Shown: in pieces, positions 1 to 48,019 of the stretch
Position numbering within the stretch: the stretch's first letter is position 1
Layout: every line of letters starts with the position of its first letter
DNA from: Bispira polyomma
Lineage: Eukaryota
Reading direction: 5' to 3'
NCBI GenBank assembly: GCA_965649765.1
Contig: OZ287751.1
Span: 78,926,001-78,990,000 of the forward strand
DNA: 64,000 bases
The notes under the pieces: generated by a model
What the model was told of the DNA's origin: nothing
The model's input: only the letters and a program-made list of their open reading frames with translations
The model's database searches: none
Program-made: the position numbers and the translations under genes

Positions 1-3000
1 AAGCAAATTTTATAAATTGAATGCCACATTTCGTCATTTATTACAGAGCTCATTTTCCCTTCCCATTTTAACTCGCACTTTGTAGGCGCTTTCCTTTCAG
101 CTTCAATCATACAATTATAATATGTCTTGCTGCCTTTTTTCTGGTTAAAAAGGGCTGCACATGGAATGGCAGGTGTGATCTCTGTAGTACAAAATGGTTT
201 CCTTTCGAATTTTCTGAAATAAATTTTTTTAGTACAGACCTTATTCTAAAATATTCTAAAATATTCAAATTAATATTGTAGGTGTGAGATAAATCATCCC
301 TGCTTAGCAAACGTCCTTCTGAGCTCACAATATCTCCCACTATATGTATTCCATGTTTGGCCCATTTTGGGAAAAACATAGTTTCTTTTGAAATATGCTC
401 ATTTAACCAAACACTAGACCGAAGTATATCAGTATTTGATTTAATTTGCTGTTGCTTACAAAATTCGACCCAAATTTCAAAAACATTTTTCCAAAAGGGG
501 TTCATCCTTTTTAGGAGAGTTTTACACCAGGTAAATCCCATCGTAAAAAGCCGGTCTAGATTTTCAATAGATTCTATCAGTAGATTATACCATGGGGATT
601 TATTTCTTAAAGCAATTTTATTCATCCAAGTAAGCTTTAGTGATTTTTCAAAAATAAAGATATTGACCATGTTCAATCCACCTTCTAATTTGTCTCCACA
701 GATATCCTGTCTATTAATTTTATCTATTTTTTTATTCCATAAAAAGCCATACAGCTCCTTATTTATACTATGCAATATATCTCTAGGTGCTGGTATAGAA
801 ATAAAAAGGTGGTTGAATTTAGAAAGAATCAAAGTCTTTATGATTGTTATTTTACCCAATGGAGTTATGTATCTCGAATTCCAATTTTTAATAATACTTT
901 TAGCTCTGTTGAGAGCCTTTGAATAGTTAAGCAGAGGAATCTGTTCTAGATTTACTGAAAAATCCAGTCCTAATAAGCTGAAAACTGTATTTCCCCAATC
1001 TAGTTTAACAGATACATTTAATTTTTCTCTTGAAAATCGCTTGCGCCCTATCCATATAACTTTAGTTTTCTCTGTGTTCATCCTAAGACCTGATAAGGAA
1101 CCATAAATCTCAAGCACACTCAATGTTGCCTGCAAGAAATCCCTGCTACCGTCAAGAATAATGATTGTGTCGTCTGCGAACTGTGTTATTTTGTACACTG
1201 TCTGACCAATTTTTAAGCCAGCAATATCAGCATTTAAATTTATCAAAATCGGTAAAACCTCTGCGACAATTATAAATAGATAAGGGGAGATTGGGTCTCC
1301 CTGCCAACATCCTCTTTCTATTGGTATTGGTTCAGACAGAAAACCGCATTGTTGTACTCTAGCTGTAATGTCTTTGTTAAACAATTTGATCCAGTTAATC
1401 AGTGTATCATTAAAACCAAACAATTTTAGAGCATCATACAAAAATTTCCACGAGACTGAGTCAAAAGCTTTTTCAAAATCTATGGCCATTAAAAGTCCAG
1501 ATACATCTTTTTTCTCTGTATAATGTAATATATCATATATCAATCTGGTACCTTCTCCTATGAATCTGCCCGACAGAAAACCTGTTTGTGATCTAGAGAT
1601 AATTGAGTCCAAATGTGGTTTAATCCTATTTGCTATTATTGAAGATGCCAGTTTATATGTTGTACACAAAAGTGATATTGGCCTCCAGTTTTTCAAAAAT
1701 GTTCTGTCTTTATTGCCTTTAGGTAAACATGTTATGATGCATTGCTGCAATGTGGTAGATAACCTTCCCTTCAGAAAACAGGCATTTATTGCATTTGTAA
1801 CATAAAATTTTAGCCTAAGCCAAAATACTTTTAGAAAGTCGGCTGGAATGCCATCTAGACCTGGTGTTTTATTGTTCTTCATTAGCTTTAAAACCTCACT
1901 AGTTTCTTCCACCCGTACAGCATAACCTAATTCTATATTGGGAATTTTTGGAATTTTGCTATTCATAAAAAGATCCGAAAGATCACTATCATTGAGATTT
2001 CTTTTTTTAAAAAGGTTTGTGTAAAATTCTTTTATGTGAACCAATATTTCGTGTTGACTTGTTACGATCGTGCCATCGGTCAGTTCCACATTTTTAACTG
2101 TTTTCTCTACAAAATTTTTACTCTCCAGTTTGCAAAAAAATTTAGTTGGCCTTTCACCTTCACTTAACCACTGCATTCGTGATCTTATCATTTGTCCCTT
2201 AATTTTTTCTGCTCTTAAGCATTCTAAATCTTGTTTTTTATCAAAAAGGATTTGTAAAAGGTGCGAAGGCACACTCTCTTGCGATTCAATATTTTCTATA
2301 TCCTTGATCAGTTCCTTTTCTTTTTTATTATTGTCTTTTCGAAGGTTTGATGCAAATTTAATTGTTTCCCCTCTTATTCTAAGGTAAAGCATTTCCAAGA
2401 ATATATCTGGTTCTATGGTAAAATCCAAGTTTTTATCAGTACCTTTAATAAAGTCAAGACTATATACAGGGAGGGCATATTTGTATTTTTCATCATCTAT
2501 TATTCTGTTAATCATATTTAAGCACTCTACATTTTTCAGTAAACCGACATTAAATTTCCATACCCCCTTCCCCATAATATATTTATTTAGTATTATGTCA
2601 AGCTCTACTATAGAATGATCAGATCTATAGCTAGGTCTAATATTACAGCTGTCAATAATATCAATCATAATACTTGAGACTAAAAAATAGTCTAACCTTG
2701 CCTGCTTAATTGGACTCTTCTTTCTCCACGAGTATCTTTTTTTTTCTGGGTGAAAAGATCTAAAAGCATCTATAAGATTAAAGTCGTTTATGGTTTTGAT
2801 CACTGTTTGTCGCGCTTTTGGGTTATTGATATTCTTGTAGTTATAGCTGTCTAAATCAGGGTTTAATACAAGGTTAAAATCCCCACAGATAATGGTGTAG
2901 TCAGTGGTGTTATTTTCCATTAAAGCTTGGATATCCATAAAAAATTCCGGTTTATCCACATTCGGGGCATATAGTGAAATTAGGTTAACGTTAAGTGAGC

Positions 3001-3313
3001 CTATTGTCAAATTCAGTTGTATGTAATTACCCTCGGCATCTTTTTTACAACTAAGAACTTTATATTCAAAATTATTGTTGAAAAAGATTCCAACTCCCCT
3101 TGAGTTTGATTTTATACCATGTAGGTAACACTCATTATTCCAGATTTTTTTAGTTACAACAAGACCATCTTTGGTTAAGTGGGTATCTTGGAGACATACT
3201 ATACCTGCACCTGTATCTTTTAGATAATTGAGAACATCTACTCGTTTTGTTTGGTTACGTAGACCTTGACAGTTCACAGACAACACTTTTAGTTTAGTTC
3301 CTATGTTAGACAT
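1..3313 (-). mobile_element. L1/Tx1-clade non-LTR retrotransposon ORF2 region, running off the window start
   Basis: APE endonuclease plus RT ORF; the Tx1-type C-terminus continues in another frame to base 1 (KGSKTYYNC...KW...WHSIYKIC). Confidence 0.93.
107..3313 (-). CDS. LINE ORF2p (APE endonuclease + reverse transcriptase), frameshifted near the C-terminus
   Basis: SVNCQGL, CLQDTH, GDFN, RLDYFL, SDHS (APE); NWRPISLL, DFEKAFDSV, GCWQGDPISP, QFADD (RT). A 1-nt loss in the T-run near 135-140 ends the frame early. Confidence 0.93.
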   Translation of the reverse strand: MSNIGTKLKVLSVNCQGLRNQTKRVDVLNYLKDTGAGIVCLQDTHLTKDGLVVTKKIWNNECYLHGIKSNSRGVGIFFNNNFEYKVLSCKKDAEGNYIQLNLTIGSLNVNLISLYAPNVDKPEFFMDIQALMENNTTDYTIICGDFNLVLNPDLDSYNYKNINNPKARQTVIKTINDFNLIDAFRSFHPEKKRYSWRKKSPIKQARLDYFLVSSIMIDIIDSCNIRPSYRSDHSIVELDIILNKYIMGKGVWKFNVGLLKNVECLNMINRIIDDEKYKYALPVYSLDFIKGTDKNLDFTIEPDIFLEMLYLRIRGETIKFASNLRKDNNKKEKELIKDIENIESQESVPSHLLQILFDKKQDLECLRAEKIKGQMIRSRMQWLSEGERPTKFFCKLESKNFVEKTVKNVELTDGTIVTSQHEILVHIKEFYTNLFKKRNLNDSDLSDLFMNSKIPKIPNIELGYAVRVEETSEVLKLMKNNKTPGLDGIPADFLKVFWLRLKFYVTNAINACFLKGRLSTTLQQCIITCLPKGNKDRTFLKNWRPISLLCTTYKLASSIIANRIKPHLDSIISRSQTGFLSGRFIGEGTRLIYDILHYTEKKDVSGLLMAIDFEKAFDSVSWKFLYDALKLFGFNDTLINWIKLFNKDITARVQQCGFLSEPIPIERGCWQGDPISPYLFIIVAEVLPILINLNADIAGLKIGQTVYKITQFADDTIIILDGSRDFLQATLSVLEIYGSLSGLRMNTEKTKVIWIGRKRFSREKLNVSVKLDWGNTVFSLLGLDFSVNLEQIPLLNYSKALNRAKSIIKNWNSRYITPLGKITIIKTLILSKFNHLFISIPAPRDILHSINKELYGFLWNKKIDKINRQDICGDKLEGGLNMVNIFIFEKSLKLTWMNKIALRNKSPWYNLLIESIENLDRLFTMGFTWCKTLLKRMNPFWKNVFEIWVEFCKQQQIKSNTDILRSSVWLNEHISKETMFFPKWAKHGIHIVGDIVSSEGRLLSRDDLSHTYNINLNILEYFRIRSVLKKFISENSKGNHFVLQRSHLPFHVQPFLTRKKAARHIIIV

Positions 3314-3699
3314 CGAAATTTACTATGGGACTCCCTACAGACAAGAAGAATGAACCAGAGATACCAATTCGCAAACAATCGTTTCCAACAAGTTATAATT
3401 AAAAAATATATACTTTTTAAACATAAAACTTGGTATACTTGTAAAAAACTTTTCACAACATGAATATTTTCTATTACTGACAAATAATTCTTCATTTTTA
3501 TTGAACCACAAAGTATGGCATTTGTTACAATAAAAAAAACCCACAACACGCACCTTATAATACACTTAGATACAAACATGATAAGTAATTGTGCGATAAT
3601 TCTTGTACAAGCTTCCCTTATATCCATTACCTTGGATATTAAAAGGTATTTGAACGATCTAATGCCAACAAAGTAATCCAAATACATTCGCATAAGTAA

Positions 3700-6020
3700 T
3701 AAGTGTTAACATCAAAACAATAGTGTTTCCCGGGCAAAACAAAAAACTGATATGTTACTTTAACTGAGGCAGTTTTGCACTAACTAAGTGAAAAGCCAAA
3801 AAATCATTGATCATATACATAGAACTCAATTACAATACACTGAACAGGTTGACGACATTTTAAAAAAAACAAAAAAAAAAAAACAAAACAAACTAGTTTG
3901 TCTCTGATAAGTATAGTATTACTAAATGTAAGCATGCCATGTTGAATGTTAACCTCAAAACAATAGTGCCCCCCTGGCAAAAAGAACAGCTGACTAATTA
4001 CTTTAACCAAGGCAATCTTGCTTTAAGAGCGCCAAAAAAACATTTGCATTTTCTAATTGAGTGCTAAAGGTTGACATGACTTTCAAAAACATTGTTTTGT
4101 TTTTATACCATAATTTGTCATAAATTTGGCATGAAATATTAGATAATAAACATATTTCTAATTTCTTAACAACGGTTGGCATAACTTTCAAAAGTGTTAT
4201 ATCTGATATAAATTACAGGAGTTAATCTCGGATAAATATAGTATCACTGAAAGAAGGCATGCCGCATTGAATGTTCACAACAAGACAATAGTGCCCCCCA
4301 TGGCAAAATGAACAGTTGTCTGATTATTTTAATAACCAATGCAATCATACTTTAATAGAGACCAAAGAACATCTAGATTTTCAAATTTTAGTAACACAAA
4401 TTGACAAAACTCAAACGTTTTTTCCCCTACTTATCTATAAATTACTAAATTAGTCATGTTGGTTTAGATATAAATTACCCTACTTTGTCTTTGATAAATA
4501 CGCTATTACTGCTAGATTGCCACGTTAGATAATCAAGCTGAAAAATAGTGCTCCCCTGGCAAAATGAACAACTGACAAATTAATTTAACACATTCTTGAA
4601 CTAAGAGAAAAAAAAGGGCATTTACATTTTCTAATTCAGTACCAAAAATCGACATGACTTTCAAACACTTTACCATTTTCAATTATTTTTTGATACCCTA
4701 ATTAGGCATGTTATTAGATAATGAAACATGTTTCTAATTCAGTAACACAAGTTTACATGGCTTTCAAAAAACTCCCTAGTGCTCCCCTAGCAAAACAAAC
4801 AAGACTAGTTATTTTAACTAAGGCAATCTTACACTAAGAGAGAAAGGAAGAGGAAGTTCAGATTTTCTAAATCAGTAACAAAAGTTGACATGAATTTCAA
4901 AAACCCAAAAACATTTTTCACCATAATTAGTCATAAGTTAAGCAGATTATATTGAGCATTAATTACTGCCGATGTGTAAATTTATTGGTTTCTGAAAGCT
5001 TATACCAGTCTTTTCAACGGTCACTCAGTGTCCTCATTTTGATGTCTGTCGCACGCCTAGTAATCATTACTGTAAGTGCATATATACTACAGCAGTATTT
5101 TGGTTGAAATCTTTGAAACAGATCATAATACATTGAACCAGTGAAGCTGGAATATTTACAATTTAACTAAAAAAAAACAAAAGTCATTCTACCAATAGTA
5201 GATGATATTTCAAATGTGACAGCAAGTTTTACTAAATGAAAGCTTTCCATGTTGAATATTAACATCAAAATAACTGTGCTCCCCGGGGAGGGGGGGGGGG
5301 GGGGGAACATTTATGTTTTCTAATTCAGTAGCAAAAATTGACATTACTTTAACAAAACTAACACATTTTTTTAAACCTATAATTAGCCATAATTTAGGCA
5401 TGTTACATTAAATATAGATAACAATGTACTGACAATTTAAAAATTTACTGGTTTTTAAAAGCTCATACCAGCCTTTTCCGCGATCACCAAGAGCCCACAT
5501 TTAGGTCCTCGTCACACCCTTAGTATCCAGTACTGTAACAGCAGATTTACTCCACAATATTTTGGCTGAATTCTTCAGAATAGATCAAAATACATTAAAC
5601 CAGTGGATTTAAATTAAATTTAACTCAAAAACAAGAGTCATTCTTCCAATACTAGAAGATAATTACCCTTGCATTTTCTAATTCAGTATCCAAAGCTAAC
5701 ACAAATTTTCGATACTGAAACTTGTTTTTACTATAATTAGTCATAAATTAGGCATGTTATTTCAGATTTAAATTACTACGAATTTGTACATTTACTGGAT
5801 TCTGAAGACTCGTACCAGCCCTTTCCAGTGATATTAGCATATTTACAATTTAACTCAAAACAAGAGTAGCATTTGCATTTTCTAATTCAACAGCAGAAGT
5901 TAATATGCTTTTCAAATAGCCAAAAATGGTTTTAGTATAATTACTAATGAACCCATCTATATTAGATTTAAAGTACTACCAGTCTATAAATTTACTGGTT
6001 TCTGTTTACTCTACCAGCTT
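3700..6020. repeat. Degenerate tandem-like repeat region between the NADAR ORF and ORF2
   Basis: AATAGTGCYCCCCTGGCAAAA-like block recurs near 3718, 3962, 4287, 4544, 4777, 5275; AATTTACTGGTTTCTGAAAGC-like block recurs near 4979, 5441, 5790, 5989. Confidence 0.6.
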
Positions 6021-6064
6021 TTTACTTGTTTCTTTTTTTTACAAAACTGTGGTTTATGTCTTAG

Positions 6065-6850
6065 TCATTCACTTTGAGCTCGGCTAATTAGCTGTTGACC
6101 CAAAAGATTCTTTCCAGTGTGGTATTTAGAGTCCCAAAGTTTATTGTCCCACAAACCTAGTCCCACACCCCAGTGAGAGTCTGCCCTGTTAGCCTCCACA
6201 ATTGATGTGTCACCTGTCGCAAGAAGGAATCTTGTCAACGACTGGTTTTGCTTGAACTTTGCTGAGAGTCCTGTATGCATTATCTCTTGGGAAACACTTT
6301 CCCACACCTTACTATCAAAGTTTTTAATGTTTTTCCCCATTGCCTTCTGCCTTGCTGGTTCTTTTTCCTGCATTATCATATCGGCTGTGCGACTGTCTTT
6401 GAATGTTATTGCCTTATGCTTCATCAAGTATTGTTCAGTACAGTTGAATACTTCTCCTGTTACTGAGAAAACACATGGAAAGTGATTTGACAGGGGCGAC
6501 GCTTTAGTAAAAAATGCTGTGATGCCATTTTTTGAAGGTGTGAAAACACGTTCCGGCTTCAAATCATCTGGTAGCTTATCAAGGGAGTCAGTAGTATACA
6601 TCTGGCTATTTAGGAAGAGTTTATCACCTTTAAGCTGCACATTATATCCCTTACTCTGTGCTTGTTTTAATATAGGATATAGCAGCTTGCGTTTATTCTC
6701 CATCTCCTTGGAGTAATCATCACTGATATTAATCCCGATTTTCTCTTGCAGAATTCTGCGTTTGGAGAAAACTAGCAGTTTGTCTTTGAAATGCGCTACT
6801 CTGGCAATAATGGGTCTATTTTGGCCTGTCATAAACTTGTCCGAAGTCAT
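6065..6850 (-). CDS. LINE ORF1-like C-terminal region fused to a NADAR (YbiA-like N-glycosidase / ADP-ribosyl hydrolase) domain; 5'-truncated
   Basis: RPIIARVAHFKDK..ISDDYSKE..RKLLYPILK..GDKLFLN resembles LINE ORF1p RRM/CTD. FF..SPLSNH, TEQY, QKAMGK, KFKQN..LLATGD..VEAN..D.HWGVG, GKNLLG are NADAR motifs. Confidence 0.85.
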   Translation of the reverse strand: MTSDKFMTGQNRPIIARVAHFKDKLLVFSKRRILQEKIGINISDDYSKEMENKRKLLYPILKQAQSKGYNVQLKGDKLFLNSQMYTTDSLDKLPDDLKPERVFTPSKNGITAFFTKASPLSNHFPCVFSVTGEVFNCTEQYLMKHKAITFKDSRTADMIMQEKEPARQKAMGKNIKNFDSKVWESVSQEIMHTGLSAKFKQNQSLTRFLLATGDTSIVEANRADSHWGVGLGLWDNKLWDSKYHTGKNLLGQQLISRAQSE

Positions 6851-7037
6851 AAACTGGCAATTTTTAAGAGCTTCTTAAATGCCAGTGAATCTGTTAAATC
6901 CTTGGTAATTTTATACAAACATTGTTTTAAGTAAGGTAAATCTGTCTTTTGATTATATTCTATCACATTTAATATAAAAATTTTATAAAAGTCTAAAGAA
7001 AGTAGACAAGTTTATGACATCGGACAAGTTTATGACA
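6827..7037. mobile_element. MITE-like element with ~29-bp terminal inverted repeats
   Basis: TGTCATAAACTTGTCCGAAGTCATAAACT (6827-6855) is the near-perfect reverse complement of AGTTTATGACATCGGACAAGTTTATGACA (7009-7037). Confidence 0.75.
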
Positions 7038-8442
7038 ACCCGTATAATTTAAAGGGGGGGCACGCAAATCAGCCGAGAGCTAAAGGTCAGCCGCCTGGCA
7101 TGAAATTTGGTACAAATGTCCGAAAATTCAACAACTATCCCAATTAAACTCCCAAAGAATTGTAAACACTATACAAATGCACCATTACAATTTTCCTGAA
7201 TTTTATGCCAGGCAGTTGAATTGCATGCCCCAGGCCATAATTTTTTTGATCAACTGAGGTTGGTATTTACTAAACATAAAATCTGATTTTTATTTAGATT
7301 AATTACTGATTTACTTTGATCCAGCTAACTTGTTTGATATTACTTTAGTTTATACAGATGACAAGTTGACCATAAACACAATATAGGAAATTGAGAAGTA
7401 ATATAAAAATTTCTTTATGGAATAGAATAATAATAATAATTATTATTTAATTAATAAAACGCATAGTAGGTGATTCCCCCACCCTCCCAGACTGTATATT
7501 GTACATTAGGGAATTTTACGTTAACCTACCTGTCTCCTAGGCAATTCTCCCACAATTTACGGAGCTTTAAGTTTTGGAATGGACCCTCTTTTACTGAAAA
7601 AGAAGTTGTATTTTTAGAAACCAGTTGTTGGAGATACAAGAAAATTCAGTTATTTTAAAGGATAATCAAATTTAAAACATATGTAAACCATTGCATTGAA
7701 TGAAAAACATACAAAGCAGACATTAAATTGGATAATTTAAAAAAGCAATAATTTTCATTATATTTATCAGCATCTTGCCACTTACGTGATCAATAATTAG
7801 AAGCATGGGAATATAATCTGCTACACTTGTTACAGTGAGTTTCAACACCAAGCGCTGATTCGAATCTTCCGCTCAGTCTGCATACTCCAACGAATTCTAA
7901 CTGCATGAATCAATTAAGGAGTTATTCTAAAGAAGCCAATTTAAATGTCAGTAAAACTTAGTCTCATTGCTTGCTTTTTACTTAGTAGCCATTAAAAGAT
8001 TGTCTTAGTTGCCTTTACTTGGTATATGCCACCATATGACAACTACCGGTAACTGTGAAAATTCATCAGAAGACTCCACTGACTGCAGTAACTTAGAAAC
8101 CATGTTAAAAAATGCTACCCTAGTCTAAAACGTCTTAAATTTAGGAAATATTTGAGAATAGCTTATCCCGACTGATCCGCCCTAGTTATTTGTATGTTAT
8201 TTTGCTTCTCAGAATCAGTTTAATCCACTAGTATTAAGGGCTCTCAAAGTCATAAGTATTAAGTCACTCTATTTAAGGCCATCCCTGTCACGTTATTATT
8301 TCCCATCACAAGAAATAGTAACCTTTATAAACTCTACTTTGATGTCCCAATTTAAAACCCTAAGTCCACCAATTGAAAACCCCTGTTAAGAATATGTATT
8401 TCTTTTGATGATCTTAAATTATGCTTCCAGAATTATACTGTG

Positions 8443-46168
<37,726 letters not shown>

Positions 46169-47748
46169 AATACCATTTATCCCGAAATGCATTTGTGATT
46201 GAGACATTGCAAGCTAGATTTGTGTATTTGTCGAAGCAAAGAGGTTCATCAAAGACAAATTCTGACCAATTGAAAGTTCTTCCTAGTCCAAGACACTGTG
46301 TTCATGTTAGTCATATCATATACACTTTGCTCAGCAATTAATATACAGTAGAATCTCTATTATCTGAACTTATGAGGGAAACTGTTCATGATTAAACAGC
46401 ATTACACACACTTTAGTGTCCCTATATCTTTGGATATTATTGGTCCCAGGAATCCTGAATATAAAATAAACTTGTAGGAAGTTGGAGATTAAGATTCTTG
46501 TAAGGGTTTTAAATTAGACATTTGACTCTCGTCAAGGTCAAATGTGGGGGCATATATTTGAGGGCCTTTCAAGGTCAAATGGGATATTCTGGTGTTATCT
46601 TAAATATTTAATTTAATCTACCCATAAATCAACTTGTAGGAAATTATAGATTATGGACTATATCATTTTCTAACCTAATAATATCACATGTGACTGTTTA
46701 AAACTACATATATTTAGGTTTCATTAACAGTTGCTTTAATGTTGTTTGGGTAATAGACTTTCTACTGTGTTTTACTCACTTAAAAATAATATAAAGTCTA
46801 CTGTTTTACTCACTTAACAAGAATATGGCAGGTCATATGTACAGGCAAAAAAATAGTACATGTTTGCACATTTTTGTGTAGATGAAAACCGTAAGACACA
46901 GGTGGAATAGTAGACCAAGTGTTTGTATTTATATAAAGTCATTATGTAAAAGTAGCAGTGTCTCTTGTTTGTGTATGTCAGCACTATTATTTCAACTGCA
47001 AAAGTTTTAGTGACGAGATATACACTTTTGTAGTCTGTCTGGCAAGATAAAATCATAATGTGCTCATGCACTACAATAACAAACAGACTTTGAAAAAGTC
47101 CAGTGAAATAGCTGTATTGTAATAGCCTGTACTTCAGTCCCCCAAAAGTTCACCATTATATGTAAAAGCTAAAAGGCCAGGCCTCATGGCCCAGATCAAC
47201 ACAGCAACTTGATGCCTAGATGTATTGACTTTCCTCACTGATCCAGCAGACTTGTAGAGTATTCTATTCACATTTACAACATACACATATATTCTGTACA
47301 GTACTAATGATCAGATTGATAATACCTTTTATTACTGAGGCCTTAATAGGATCACAAAAAAATTTAGGAGTTGCAATAAAAAAAAGACTTGCGAGACAGT
47401 TTGGTTCATTTTGTAATTTCTAGATGATGAAGACACTTTTGTAGATAAAATGAACAAATATTTATAAACAGCGTTATTTAACTATTTATTATTATAGTTA
47501 GAAATGGTCAAGAATGCCTTAGTTTGATTAGGTAGAAAGGTTGGCTTCATGTGTAGCTGAAGTTGGCTTCATTTCATGTTTCTTTTGGTGCTGTACTTTA
47601 GTATTAATAAATCAATATATACATGTACATGTTTTGCTTATGAACTTAATTTGCTTTGTGCAGCAAGAAGTTTGTACTTTCATCTAAGAAAGTTGTTTAA
47701 ACACAATGAAATAATGTCAACTTTTCTTTATGCTGTAAGTTCATGTGA

Positions 47749-48019
47749 ATTTTTTTTTTTTTTTTTTGAATTAGGATATTTAACGTCCACTCTAGTACCT
47801 CCTTAGGTTATATTTGGACGGATAGTTGGAAACGCTGGAGTAAACACTGGAAACAGTTATCAAGGTTCTGCACTAAAACCAGCGGCCCACAGTAAGGAAC
47901 TACCACCTTGCCCACATAGACATCGACGGGAGGTGAACCCATGCCAGGCGATCTCAAGAAGTGAGAAACCGAGGATTGTGAAGCGCAATGCGTGCTAACC
48001 ACTAGGCCACCATGGCCCC
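47749..48019 (-). mobile_element. tRNA-derived SINE with poly(A) tail and 16-bp target-site duplication
   Basis: Minus-strand head GGGGCCATGGTGGCCTAGTGGTTAG (A box); T-run near 47750-47767; TSD CTGTAAGTTCATGTGA at 47733 and 48020. Confidence 0.9.

Noticed and set aside
357-2618. Plus-strand ORFs inside the L1 ORF2 (and similar shadows over 6207-6716, 18287-19559, 22425-23433, 28741-30163, 31647-33858)
   Set aside because: Antisense or off-frame shadows of real ORFs with no recognisable motifs
3301-3693. 130-aa hydrophobic ORF overlapping the L1 ORF2 start
   Set aside because: Composition explained by T-rich DNA, no motif; cannot be excluded as an element-internal ORF but unsupported
6065-6850. 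Bacterial contamination or DarT-NADAR operon
   Set aside because: No toxin partner, fused to a eukaryotic LINE-like segment, embedded in animal repeats
47930-48019. tRNA gene (also 52890-53003)
   Set aside because: A/B boxes belong to SINE heads; no cloverleaf; tail and TSD present
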